A stretch of 57,293 nucleotides of DNA, the filler included, from Sphacelaria rigidula (lineage: Eukaryota), in assembly GCA_964200075.2 (NCBI GenBank). It is 7 parts of 7 records of this genome, joined end to end, with 100 filler letters (N's around TTAATTAATTAA, not from the genome) between each part and the next. Parts side by side here need not be neighbours in the genome. Positions count along the whole stretch, not along the records: positions 8,200 to 16,298 come from CAXNAA020012304.1; positions 16,399 to 24,497 come from CAXNAA020012305.1; positions 24,598 to 32,696 come from CAXNAA020012306.1; 4 more parts are not named here. One strand, written 5' to 3'. This document shows, piece by piece, positions 13,024-25,347 of this stretch; position 1 is the first letter of the stretch; each line of letters opens with the position of its first letter. Under the pieces are notes generated by a model. That model had not been told where the DNA came from, searched no databases, and saw nothing but the letters and a program-made list of their open reading frames with translations. The position numbers and the translations under genes were made by a program.

Positions 13024-14011
13024 GTATTGCGCGTATTTTGAGTGTGTTCTATGTTGCTGCTGGAGGACCGCAAGATTCTGTAACACTTTCTTATAGGTAC
13101 CAGACAGTTCTGTAAGTTCCGTGAGGAACCTCGTACCCTACGGAGCACGACCTTGCAAATTTTGTCGAGGCTTCCCCACCCGGTGCCAGTGCAGCCGCGG
13201 GGTTGTGTGGGTATGCTTGGCAGCAGTGCCGTGCACCTCAGGCGGTAATGGAGCAATGACATACCACTTTACAGGACGGGACATTTACATCCTCTACAGA
13301 CGGTGTAGTACTACACATTAAATGAACGTGCGCGCCGATGGATATGATACTGTATTGCGTACCTCGTCGCCATGGATCTCGTCTACAGCTGAGATGACCC
13401 TACGGTCAGTCGTTTCATTTTACCGTTGTTGAAACGATCATGGAGGCATGTGGGGATTGGTGTGCAATGTACGTTTCTTGTTGTATGTGCAGGTCTACTG
13501 TTCCCAAGAAAGACAACACGTGGAAGTATTCGAGAGCAGCAATTCTCGTGGATGAGTGGTTCATAGTTCGTCGCGGAATAGTCGTCTGTGACCACGGGTT
13601 CGAGAGATCGGACTCATGTGCGGACGTGATGATATTAGTAAGTGAACGCAGTACACTTACCCTGACGTACACGAACATATGCGCGTGCGTGCTGCACTTA
13701 CCGATTGCAAATGATCAGGAAACCCCACGTTCATGCATGCTCTGCCATCAGAATAAAAAAGTAGAATCATGCTGTGAAACGCGATCGCACACGAGGCTCT
13801 CGAGCACAGACCACTGGTATGAATTGACACTCGTATAGTCAGGAAGCTTTGGTGTATGTTCTTCGTGCTCGACAGATGAATTGCGTGATACTTAACAGTT
13901 GCCCCGCACACACATCCGCGCTTGTTTTTTGTGGTTTGTTCTTCGTCTGGGTCGCCTGAGCACTTGCTTCCCTGCCTGCCCATCGCCGGTCCTGCCCATC
14001 GTCCCCATTAG

Positions 14012-14122
14012 ATAATATGGAACCCCATCTTCGGGTGCATGTTCTTCGGCTACATGGGCGCGGTGGACGGCTTGGGCGTCAGCGCTGTTAGCGACAAGAT
14101 TAAGAACAACCTATGGACCTCG
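14012..14122 (+). CDS. Mpv17/PMP22-family protein, exon
   Basis: cattag|ATA...TCG|gtacgt; 111 nt. Translates IIWNPIFGCMFFGYMGAVDGLGVSAVSDKIKNNLWTS. Confidence 0.9.
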
Positions 14123-14760
14123 GTACGTGCACCAAGTGACTCGTTTCAAGCACTCTTGAAGAATCGTGGGTTTATTCGCTCTCCACCCCCGCCCCCCCAC
14201 CGTTCTTCCTGGTAGGATGTCTACTTTTGTCTCTGATCTCTGACTAACCTTTGTGTGTGTGTAATCTGGGTTTGATGAATTTTTACCCTTATTATACAGT
14301 AATCTGGTTCTTTCATGTGTCGGGGTCTCTGTGATGCCTTCGCTCTGTACATCTTGAATGCACGTTCGGGATCTTTGCGTCGTTTGACACGCAATCACCA
14401 CAGACGTTGGGCTCCCGTACTTCCGGCTGAATATTATGGGCAGGCTACCATATCTGGGGTACTTTCCGATGGACCCCTATTTCGTCGTGAAAACACGCCC
14501 CTCCAACTTACACATTCATTCACGCTAAATCGCCACTTCTGTAGATACTGCTGATTTCCATTCTGTGCGCATGGCGCTCGTTATCACGCGACTACGGGTA
14601 CCGTTGCGGTGGACGGGATTTTAATTCATCGCACACCGATAACTTCGTTTTGTCCCACAAGTACCGCCGCTTGACTTGCGTCGTCAGTTTCTACCTCACC
14701 CTGCTTATGTGTATGCGTCATTCTCCACTGCTGAACAAATTGGGAAAAAAAAAAAAACAG

Positions 14761-14901
14761 GTGAAGGGATCGTGGACCGTGTGGCCTGTGGCGCACGTCA
14801 TCAACTTCCGCTTCATCCCCACGTCGCAGAGACTGCTGTATATCAACACAATCCAGATCTTCTACAACTGCTTCCTCAGCATCATCTCTCAGCGGGAGTA
14901 A
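14761..14901 (+). CDS. Mpv17/PMP22-family protein, terminal exon
   Basis: aaaacag|GTG...TAA. Translates VKGSWTVWPVAHVINFRFIPTSQRLLYINTIQIFYNCFLSIISQRE*, with the W..WP....NF.F.P...R....N...Y..FLS signature. Confidence 0.93.
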   Translation: MKGSWTVWPVAHVINFRFIPTSQRLLYINTIQIFYNCFLSIISQRE

Positions 14902-16398
14902 CTGATTTAATTAATCAACGCTTGCCGCGGGTCGTTTCCAGACCCTCATGTGGTACAAAAATAAGTTACTGGCTTCACGCACCTGCTCAGTAATAATTGT
15001 TGGTATAGTCGGGGAGGCGGGAGGATATATGGGGCGGGAGAACGCTCTTGGGGAGGAGGGGCTCGTTCCTAACTGTTATCCTGTAAGGCGACATGGGCGT
15101 TATAAATAGAGGGCAGCTGCCACCTGCGATCAGTTTTATTTGTTGGGGGGTGTTGAGGCTCTTTTAGAGGTGATTCATCTCAAGACGAGGTCGCCCAGTG
15201 CGGATGGCGATTGAGTTGTGGTTGCTTTTATTTTGTTTTTTGTTACCTATTTTATGGTGGTGCCTATATTTTTGTCCCCTTGAATCCCTTGGTGAAACGG
15301 TAAAAACACATGCTATGTAAATTCCACCCCTGAAGCAGCTTGCGCTCTGTTTCGTGTTTTCCCACCCCAAGCATGTTCTTTGATGGATGAATTCGACGAG
15401 CTTCCAACGCAATAATATACGGAATACTTGCTTGACGCAGTTCTTGATTGTTACAATGAGACTCGATTGACCCCATTTTTTTATGCGGCATGACGAGAAA
15501 GGTCGACCTTGCCCCGTATGCGTCGGTTCACACCTCCTGGTGATTCCTCGCCGGCGAATGAGAGGTACTTTTCCCTCGTGGATCTGCGCATGTATTGCGA
15601 TCGACGCCCCCACCTTATTTGTGCGCGAATATGTTTTTTGTTGCCCACCAAGGACTTTTTCTTGGCTTGGGCACATCCAGTTTGCCTCGTCAACTTTTGT
15701 TTTGTCGTTGTATTCCACTCTGCGCGGAAACTCCCCCTGCTAAGCGTTCGGGTGGGTGTTGCCGGCGCGATGGACAGCATCGCCTGTCTCAGTTTATCCT
15801 GGCCCGCCGCCTTTCTTTGGTGCCGGAGATGATTTACAGGCTAGTTCACGCTGATACCCAAAATTTAAAATCCATTCATCCGCAAACTGTTCACGCCGAC
15901 GTGAGAGTCAAGACTCTGAAAAGTCGTACACATATCGGGGGTCCCACGGTGTCCTGCCACGTCACATGCCCTTCTGGGATCGCCAATACGAGCTGGGCCA
16001 GCTTGAAAGCGGCTAAGAGCTGCTCACACCACAGCCTCCCCAGTTTCGCGAATGAACCCGATGTAGGCGTATTACTGTAAAGTGTAGACCAACCTCGTAA
16101 CACGGCACCGCCGCTGAATTAAAAAAAAAATGAAGTAAAAATGTACTGCATAATGTATAACCTTAACGGACGAAAAGAAAATAATCTGTCGGGATTCGAA
16201 CTCATGATCTGACAACTTTCTACGGTAGCCCCCCCCCCCAAACCAGCTAAAAATGTCACGAAAAAAATGGCCATACAGCGCCTGATGTTCGGGTTCGGNN
16301 NNNNNNNNNNNNNNNNNNNNNNNNNNNNNNNNNNNNNNNNNNTTAATTAATTAANNNNNNNNNNNNNNNNNNNNNNNNNNNNNNNNNNNNNNNNNNNN

Positions 16399-16846
16399 GC
16401 GGCATCAAACTCTCGTATGCGATCCTCTTGATCGGCCACAACTCGGTCGACCTCGCAGATGCGCATGCTGCGCTCTGCTAGCCGCGGGTGCCTCCGAAGG
16501 AACAGTTCGAGCCATTTGCGGCCTGGGCCTACTGCCGGGTCCCATGGCACCGGTCGATTGTCGCTGCAGAGTGCCATAATCGCCTGTTCGAGGTCATCTC
16601 TGGTCAGGCCCAGTTGACGGCCTGCAGCGAATTTCAGGATATCTTCGACGGAATTTTCTCCCTCCGTCAATGGAACAGTGCGTGGGTCAACCCTGTTACC
16701 TATGCTCACGATGCCATTGGCACGCCTCTGCAGCGAAGCAAGGAAGATGGCAAAGGTCTTGCAGCAGCGCGGAAGGTCATGCGACCGCTGCGTACCGCTT
16801 CTACGGCCTCTGCTGCACGTTCTGAGTCCACCCTTGCTCTTGGCAT
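16399..16846 (-). pseudogene. pogo/Fot1-like (Tc1/mariner superfamily) transposase N-terminus with psq-type and CENP-B-type HTH regions; frameshifted and truncated by the segment edge
   Basis: MPRARVDSERAAEAVEAVRSGRMTFRAAA joins via a 1-nt frameshift near 16758 to TFAIFLASLQRR...GPGRKWLELFLRRHPRLAER. Confidence 0.75.
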
Positions 16847-19569
16847 GCTTAGCAGCGGATCGCCCAAAAGCTGATCTAGGAGAGAGACGCACACGCGCTT
16901 ATTCGCAGTGCTGTGAGACTGTGTTTTCTGGTGCTATAGGCACGTGCAGCAGCGCAAACGAAGCGTTGTGCCCTGGTGCGCACGCAGAAAAAGCAGGATG
17001 GAAAACAATCAATATTTCGCGGAGTTATGGGGGATTGAATAAAAATGGTCCATTTTATTGGCACTGTTCCGAAATAGGGATGTTTACTCCATGATACTAC
17101 ATCGCAAGAGGTCAGGTCAATGCCTTATTCACGGGAATAACTGTACCATAATATACTGTCTCCGAGTGCCGGTATACACCAAAGGGTCAAGTAGCGTGCT
17201 GTTAGCTACGATGGTGTACACTGTTATGTAGCGTGCGGCTGGCTACAATGCTGCTGTACTGGACATGCACACCTTCAGGGCACGTCGGTTGACCCACACG
17301 GAGGGTGACCACGCACGCCGACACCGTCGGGATCGGGCAGCAAGACGCGTTGCACTCCGATCCGCGCGTGTTATTTACAGCGTCCGTGCCGTGCAGTCTA
17401 TAGGGCTGTATCATGAAAGCTGCTAGCTGCAATGTTCGACTATCGAAGCACTTATGCAGGGGGTGACGCAACCACCGGTGCCCTGGCGCTTGACCACATT
17501 GGTTAGGCAGCTGATATATGAAGCTTATGTCTTCATGTCGACTGTGTACGTGATGGGAACGCAGTCCAAAGGGGTGGGACATTATCCCAGCGTTCCCCCA
17601 CGTCCATCTCAAGATCAGGCGATTCTAGAGATGAGGTTGACCGCAAAAATGAGGCTCCAGCCCAAAAATGGTGTTTTCCCCACTCTTACAGGGTCTTGTT
17701 GTGTTGGCATCATGCTCCTCCATCGCGAACATAATTCCTCGAAGCGTTATACCGACTCTGTGAGCTTCCACCGCTGGGCAAAACCCTCGCCCACCCCGGA
17801 TACCCTCCACCCCCCCCCCAAAGATATGAACGAAAGACATAAGTGATTCGCTCAACGGCGGAAGTTCACGGAGTCAGTAAAAGTCTCCGAACAAGTATAT
17901 ACGGGAATAAGGGGCATCGCGACAACCGAAAAGTCGCTACAAGTGTGGGGAAAGCACTGTATTGGAGTTGAATACCGCGTTCGCCGAGACCCAATTGTAT
18001 ATACTTGTCTGTTTGATATCAATGAGGGTGCCCCCTCTCCCCCACCCACGCGCGCGGAGCACGCCTATAACCAACGATGGTTCAGGCCCTATGTTATCTC
18101 CACGCTGTTGTTCTCAGGCGCAGACATGTTGCCTCCATTATCCCCCAATGAATGACTGGGTTCCTGTGTCGTGAATGTGTGCGTCACGGCGGATACCGTA
18201 CACACCGAATGTCCATGTTAGTACGCAGCTGAGCTGCAGAGACGGATCGGCAGCACATGGGTGATGACGACAGTCGCTCTCGACCGCGCAATCGCGCCTG
18301 CCTTCCATCATTGTGTCGGGGTTTTTCGCAGCTCTGTGATCATGGATATGCGCCGTGGGGATCCCAGGGCGATGGACCAGCTCTCTGACGAAGGACAACC
18401 ACACACACCTGGGACACCGGTGAGATAGATCGAATTCGTTCCATGCCACCATAACCTTACATGTTTCACTCTCTGCCTTGTAACATGCTCCCCGCCTCAC
18501 GGCGGAAACTCGTACATGCTCCTCTTTACCGCTGTAGAAGAGCAACGTTCGCGGCTGGGTGGGTAAACGTTGTGTAATACTGTCTACAGTTATCTCAGGC
18601 CATGTTCCCGGTGTGAGTGGTGTTGGGAGAGGAACGGTCACATACGAGAACCACCCCCATGCATACTCCACCGCACGCTCCACTCTCTCGACGCCATCGC
18701 CGTGACCGTTCCCCTTCAATTTCTTCATCGCCGCCGTCATCAACACCGACAGCAGGTGGCGCCCGGAAGCCTCGCAGATCCATGACGAAGGCCAACGTTG
18801 TTGCCAACGTATCTGAACACCGCGTATCGACCCCACGGGGAGAATCAATCGTATTCTATGCGGGTGTGAGCCATCGGCGGGCGAGAAACGCAGGTGCAAA
18901 CGCAACTGCAAATGCGCAAAGCTGGGGAAGGATTGTCATCCCATCCTGTGTGGGTGCAAGGGGCGGTGCGATCCGGCTATCGACGCGCAAAGCGTACCGG
19001 TTAGCGAAGGGTTGAAAATAGTGAAGTGGATTCCGGGGGTGAGAGCGACGACGAAGCAGAGGCGACTTCGGATGAAGACAGAGTGTCGTAGCAGCACGTC
19101 ATCGGAGGAGCCATGTGCTTCGTACGGAGAGACGGGCCGGTCCGTACTGGAATGGTACTTAGACTGGATAAACGACGTGTGGGAGAATGGTCCACGCACA
19201 AGTATGATACCGCGAGCTTTGGCGAAGCAGGTTTTCGTCAATAGTCATCCGCCCCTGTCCCCTTACGTTCATTATGATCCCCAGACCCGTACAATAACCG
19301 CAATCTCGAAGAATACTCTGTTTGATATTAGGCGGCTCCTTATAGACTGAAAAAACTCACTGAAAAAGTTCGGGCGGACGACTTTTCTCAGAGACTTTTT
19401 CCAGAGAAGTCAGGTTTCAAAACCCCACCTTTTAGTCTATATATCGCTCTGCTTTGCATTGCGGTTCCAATTTTCCTATCCTTTCTAACGTTGAAAATGT
19501 AATGGAAAAGGGACAGAGGAGACACTCGTTTCATTGAAGAAGAGGAAGAGCGTCAAGCGTATAAACAGG

Positions 19570-20580
19570 AGAGAGTGTGCTAGAGCTGTTATATATAGAG
19601 AAACAGTCAGCAACCCTACGATTACGGTTCCTATTTGACATGCACGCGACCGCCTCTCATGCAATACTGGACGGTTGTCCGTCAAACAAAGTCTGTCTTG
19701 TGTGGATGATGAGCTCAGCTCGAACAATGCGCGTGTGAGTGGTGGGCGTCTATGCGTCGGGTCCGAGCTCGTTGTGTCGGCTCTGTGCTATGTCGTTGCG
19801 TCTTGTCCGCTGCACTACAGTGACATTTGACTAACGTTCACGTCCGACTGCCGAATTTGATACCTGTGCGCAGATCTGGGCTTCGATCTCAACATAACTG
19901 CTTGCCGATGAAACTCATCACTGGTGGTTGTGGTGGCATCACTTCTCCGCAAGTGTTTTTTTGAAAAGTGATAGGGGCACTTTTGATACGACCCTTGTCT
20001 TCACTTCCACCGCACGTTGGGCTTGAGCTTTGGCGAGGCTAGCTGATAGTCTCGCAGCCCTCTGTTGCTTCAAGGCTTGAAACCTTTCTAACCTGTCCTC
20101 GCGCATGCCATGGCGCCCTATTTGTTGGGTGACACAAATGGGTTCTGTTCGGGCGGCCGCCCCTTCCTTGGCGTCATCTCAGGCTACGGCGTGAAGGGTA
20201 AAACATGAGAGAGTGCTAGAGTTGTTGTATACCTAAAAAGTCAGCAACATTACGTTTTCGGTTGCTATTTGAAACGCACGCCATCGCCTTTAATGAAATA
20301 CTGGACGGCGTTCCGTCAAACAACGGCTGTCTTGTGTAGAGGACGAGCTAGCGCTTGAAAAATGCACGTGGGATGTGGGCGTCTATGCGTCGGTTTTCGT
20401 GGCTCGATGTATCGGCGCTGTGCTACGTCGTCGGTCTTGTTCGCAGCACTACAGAGTTTCCGGGCTAATGCTGCTTCCAGAACTGGCGCAATTTTTACCT
20501 GTGCGCAGATCTGTGCCTCGATTCAAGCATAACTTTTTGTTGATGAGACTCATCACTGGTGGTTATGGTGGCATCACTTC
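19570..20580. repeat. Diverged direct duplication of about 375 bp (19570-19944 and 20208-20580)
   Basis: Shared blocks such as AATACTGGACGG, TACCTGTGCGCAGATCTG and ACTCATCACTGGTGGTT.TGGTGGCATCACTTC. Confidence 0.85.
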
Positions 20581-20811
20581 ACGACCGGAGACGTGTTCAC
20601 TCGACCGGTCTCCCCGACGCAAGACAGCAATGCAGAGAGACTATCGCGACACACAAGGTCTGCAACGAAGAGTGCGTTTGGGCACGTCGTCACAAGGTTG
20701 GAACCGCAATGCGAAGCAGAGCGATCTAATTGAGTAGAAACTGTCAGCCCCCACCTCTGCAGAGAGACGGGACCCGCAAACATTGCTACTGCGGCAGGTT
20801 CGTCAGTCGTG

Positions 20812-21730
20812 TTGACGGGAGTGGTATGTGTGGGGGGTGGGGGTACGCGGGAAAAATATAACGGGGGGGGAGGGGTGGTGTGCGAGGGGTCAAACGTACA
20901 TATTCTAACAAATTTATTGCTGTGAAAGGTTCCGCACACTGCACAACTGCTTTATTTCTTGTGTTCAGTGTACTACTCTGCACTTCATGTACCACTGCAG
21001 AGTTGTCTTGTGCTGAGTACACATGATCCGACTGGGTAGTACGGACGCGAGAGACATCATTTTCAACCAGCCCCATCGATCGTCTTCGAGGCCCCGTCCC
21101 AATGGGTCAGCACATACTTTTTCGCATGCACATGAAATGTTCGGTCTTCATCATTTTATTATCCATCAACTTCGAGTCTCTCGATGATGAACATCTCGAA
21201 CGCATGTACACACCTCCTTCGCATGACTCTGAACTTCTAATTAAAAATGATTGACGAGAGTGGTATATATGGGGGGTGGAGGTACGCGGGAAAAATGTAA
21301 CGGGTGGGGGGGGGGTGACCTCGAACGCATGTACAAACCCCCTTCGCATGACTCTGAACGTCTATTTCAAAAATGATCGCACAGCTCAAGAAAAACGGTA
21401 AGCACGTAGAAGACGCAACGAAAAAAAGGAGTGTACACATCAGCTTTCCAGCAACATGATCCCACTGTGTGTAGTATGGACGCGAGACAAATCATTTTTA
21501 ACCAGCCCCATTGATCGTATTGTTGGCAGGAGTGGTATATATGGGTGATGGGGGTACGCGGGAAAAAATGTAACGGGTGGGCGGGTGTGATGTGCGAGCG
21601 GTCAAACGTACATATTCTGAAAAAAATATTGCCATGAAAGGTCCCGCACACTGCAGAACTGTTTATATCTTGTGTTCAGTGTACTACTCTGCACATCATA
21701 TACCACTGCAGAGTTATCTTGCGCTGAGTG
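20812..21730. repeat. Three degenerate copies of a G-rich unit (GAGTGGTAT...GGTACGCGGGAAAAAT)
   Basis: Copies start near 20812, 21250 and 21525. Confidence 0.75.
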
Positions 21731-22009
21731 TACCAGCCTGTACTCCAGATAATGGGGTCATCTTTTGAGCGATTCTTGAAAACTTCTGGTTTTTTTTTTT
21801 TAAGTTCTCGAAAAGTTCTGCTCGTTTTTCTGTCACAGAAATCCAATACCGGATCTGGAGTAGCCTGAGACAACAACCAATTTGAAAATTGGAATGAGAA
21901 ATTCCTGGGTATTTGTACACCCCAGGCCATTATCTAGCCTGCGTGAAGACGGTGGTAGTGGTCCTCATTTGCATTTCGTGCTTGTGCCACCTGCGGTAAA
22001 CTGATACTT

Positions 22010-22314
22010 CGTAACACGTAAAGAATCCCGTCCAGGAACAGGATAGATGGCATGGCAACACACACACACACGCGCGCGCGCGCGCACACACGCACACACG
22101 CACGCACACACGCACGCATAGAGTAGCTACTGGTATAACAGCGATAGAAGTGACAGGCGTATCGACCCGAACTTCAGCGACCGCCGCTTGATACAGTAGC
22201 AGGGTCGCAAGCGGTGCAGTGGGGAGCTGTACGGTTTGTGCAATCCCACACACAATAAACTCACGTGACAGTCCGTAGTACGGTAGCAGCCGTGTCAGTA
22301 CACAGAATGTTACA
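22010..22314 (+). mobile_element. Probable solo LTR (305 bp)
   Basis: (C)GTAACA...TGTTACA inverted termini, flanks TACTT/AACTT (4 of 5 match), internal AATAAA and a CA/CG microsatellite. Confidence 0.55.
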
Positions 22315-22900
22315 AACTTGACACACGGTGGCGGACACGACGAGCATGAAACGACACGAGCAGTCAATACAGCCAGCAGGGGCGACATATTTTTGAGTAG
22401 TAACGCTGCCGGCGAAAAAGCACTGTGCTGTCTGTACTGCCTGCCCCTGGTCCTACGGCCATGAGACAATGCACGGAGTGCTGCAGCAGCTACGCTGTTG
22501 CCACGGCACTGTACATACAACATGCGTAGCTACCTTTGCACTGACTGTGCTACACTTGCATGCGACGAGTATGTGATGGAGCACTGACTGTACCATTGCG
22601 GGTGGGGTGTGCGAGGAGTCTGTGATGGAACGTTAACTCCCAGACAGATAAAAGTCTCTGGGAATCAATGGTTTTTCTTGAAGAAATTTGGGAAAATCCC
22701 GCTGTCTGGGAACGGTGGTCAGTTTCCAGGGATTTTTCATGAAAAATGGCCCTACAAAGTCGAGTTTTGAAAAAAGTCGGTGGAAACTGACCAAAACGAC
22801 TCTTCTCAGTGACGTTCCTTAGTCTAGAAGAGGTGGCCTTATGTTGGATGGATGGGGTTGCAGTGTGATTGCAGTAATTTTGGTGTTGCAATCTGCCGCC

Positions 22901-23204
22901 GCGCCCCGGTGGTGTAATGGTCCGACTGTCGCCTTTAGGGGGGGGGAGAACGGGGCTTTGATTCCCGATGCGTTGGGTTTTTTCTTCGTAATGTGTAATT
23001 TCCATCGTGGAAAGCGTGAGAAGGTGAGTAAAGAAAAGTAGTCGACTGGGTTTGTGTGACGTGAGTTGACACGGTGCGGGAGTGCTGATCTAATCCGCGA
23101 AATCAAAATGAAAGGCACGTACCGGAGGAGAGATGGGTTGATCCCTTGAGACCACAGACTCATCCCGAGGAAGGGGAGGGGTTCAAAGTGTGGGAAAAAA
23201 AAAA
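22901..23204 (+). mobile_element. tRNA-derived SINE, family 1, second copy
   Basis: Collinear with 11077-11386 over about 300 bp and ends in poly-A. A more diverged relative lies at about 39352-39684. Confidence 0.8.
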
Positions 23205-23429
23205 GCGAAAAATGTGATTTCGTTGGATAAGGGGAGCACGATGTGGCTGTCGTACATGGTCTTGGAAGGTGGCTGCCAATGAGTGAGCAACGGGAAACCA
23301 GACCTCGTAGAAGTTTCGCGAGCATGCTGCATCCGATTTAAGCCGAATAGTCAAGCTGCGCCCCGACGCCATCCCATTTCCGGTACTATCGTGAGGTATG
23401 CCCTCCCCCACTCCGGGGGGCTCGAAAGA

Positions 23430-24420
23430 AATACGACTCAGGCTCGCCGACCCTCTGTGTCTATCAATCACCGTGTGCGTTACATTTCGCCTCAAATGCA
23501 CAAACAGCGGCGAACCCCGACTGTGAGGCTGCCACGGGTTGCATCGCGGATGGATGAAGACTATGTACACCGTAGGATGTCATCTTGGGTCATTCAAGGG
23601 TCGGTTGCCCTTTACATTATGCGCTTGACACGTTCGTGCAATATCTGCACATGTGCCCGCGGCGGCGGCGGTAGAAGGGTCGACGGGCGCGATGTCTTCT
23701 CGGCTTTTTTTCCATGAAAAGTCCGAGTATTTGTTTGGTATTGAACGACGCCTGCGCACCGTGCATTTTATTGTGGGCGGTCGACATTTCCTCGAACGGT
23801 TTTACGGCCTGAACTTTCCGCCGCTATGAAGGACATTTGTTTGGGACTAAAAACGCATGACTCCCGCAATCTAGCGCCGATTTCTTTTTTTCCAGGGAGT
23901 AACATATTGGAAGAGTCTGCAGTGCCGGTATCCCTTTTCGAAATGCACGATGTCCGTAGGGAGAATACCTGCGCTCAACACTCAATACCTGATGGTATGA
24001 CAACTGTATCCTTCGTAACGGCGGAAAGTTCAGGTGGTGACACCGTTCGAGAAAATGTCCACGACCGCCGACATCAATATGCACGATACGCCGGCGTCTT
24101 TCGATACCCAACAAATCGTCGGACTTCCTATGGAGAAGAGCCGAGAGGAAATCGCTCCCATCGAGCCCTCGATCGCCGCCGCCGCGGGCACATCTGAAGA
24201 TATTGCGCGGAGATGTCAAGCGCATAATGTGAAAGACAATCGATCCTTGAATGGCCCAAGATAACATTCTACAGTGTACATGGCCTTCGCCCATCTACGC
24301 TGTAACCCATGGCAGCATCACACTCGGGGTTCGCCGCCGCCGCCGCCGCCGTTGGTGCACCTGAGTCGAAACGTAGCACACACGGTGCACAGAGGAGCAG
24401 CGAGCCTGAGTCGTGTTTCT
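23430..24420. repeat. Diverged inverted duplication with arms of about 400 bp and a spacer of about 195 bp
   Basis: About 23430-23823 is the reverse complement of about 24019-24420 (e.g. CCTGAACTTTCCGCCG / CGGCGGAAAGTTCAGG). Confidence 0.85.
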
Positions 24421-25347
24421 TTCGTGCACGGGAGAGGGGGGGGGTGTACTCATGATCATGCATGCCATAGTCATAAGACCATTGGCCTCGCATCCCTNNN
24501 NNNNNNNNNNNNNNNNNNNNNNNNNNNNNNNNNNNNNNNNNTTAATTAATTAANNNNNNNNNNNNNNNNNNNNNNNNNNNNNNNNNNNNNNNNNNNNGTT
24601 TGAAGGGCGCTGATTGGCTGAGACTCATTTTCGTCCATAGCGCCACCGCTACGAACTCAAACAAAAATCCCGCTATGTCACCCTCTTTGTATCTTCATTG
24701 CGGTCAGTATGATACCATATATGCGACTATTCGGTGCGCATTGCGGAAGGCATTTGCTGATGACACAATTTTGGGTGATCACCGCGAACCAGCCTGTACT
24801 ACGTTTTGGATCCCTTGAATGTGTTTTGCCTCGTGGCTACCCCCCCCCCGTGATTTCTAGCCTCCCCAGGGTTCTCATGAGTAACCCTGCGCGTTTATCT
24901 CTTGCACCCCCGCATCGGGTGAACAACGTGACTGCCGCTACGTTGTTCCCGTGCATTTCGATTGAGTCGCCCTGATTTTCGGGTTTGTCGTTTACCAATT
25001 CGAGCATGACCCAGGCGGTGACTACCATCCCCAGGAGTTCCAGGAGGTTAATGGTGATCGTGCATATTTCGCGAAGTAGAGCTTTTATTTTGAGTTCTGC
25101 GGTAAGTTCCGGTGGTGAGTCGTATTTCCAGTATGTTCTTTTCTCTGGGCAGTGGCCGCCTACGGCTTCGAAGCTTGCGTGCGAGAGGTAGTGTCGGCGG
25201 GCAGGTCGCTTTACTATGGAGTAGCAGGGTGCACTAAGAGATTCATCATTCTGCAGGAGTTTAGCCTCGATCGCCCTATTCTAACGATTCAGGCCGGCGT
25301 GAAATTCTCTGGTTGTCTCTCGCTGTAGAATTGTGGAGCCCTGCAAG

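Noticed and set aside
19100-19150. GIY-YIG endonuclease (CASYGETGRS)
   Set aside because: No upstream GIY/VY motif, no R..EH helix and no linked RT; probably a chance match.
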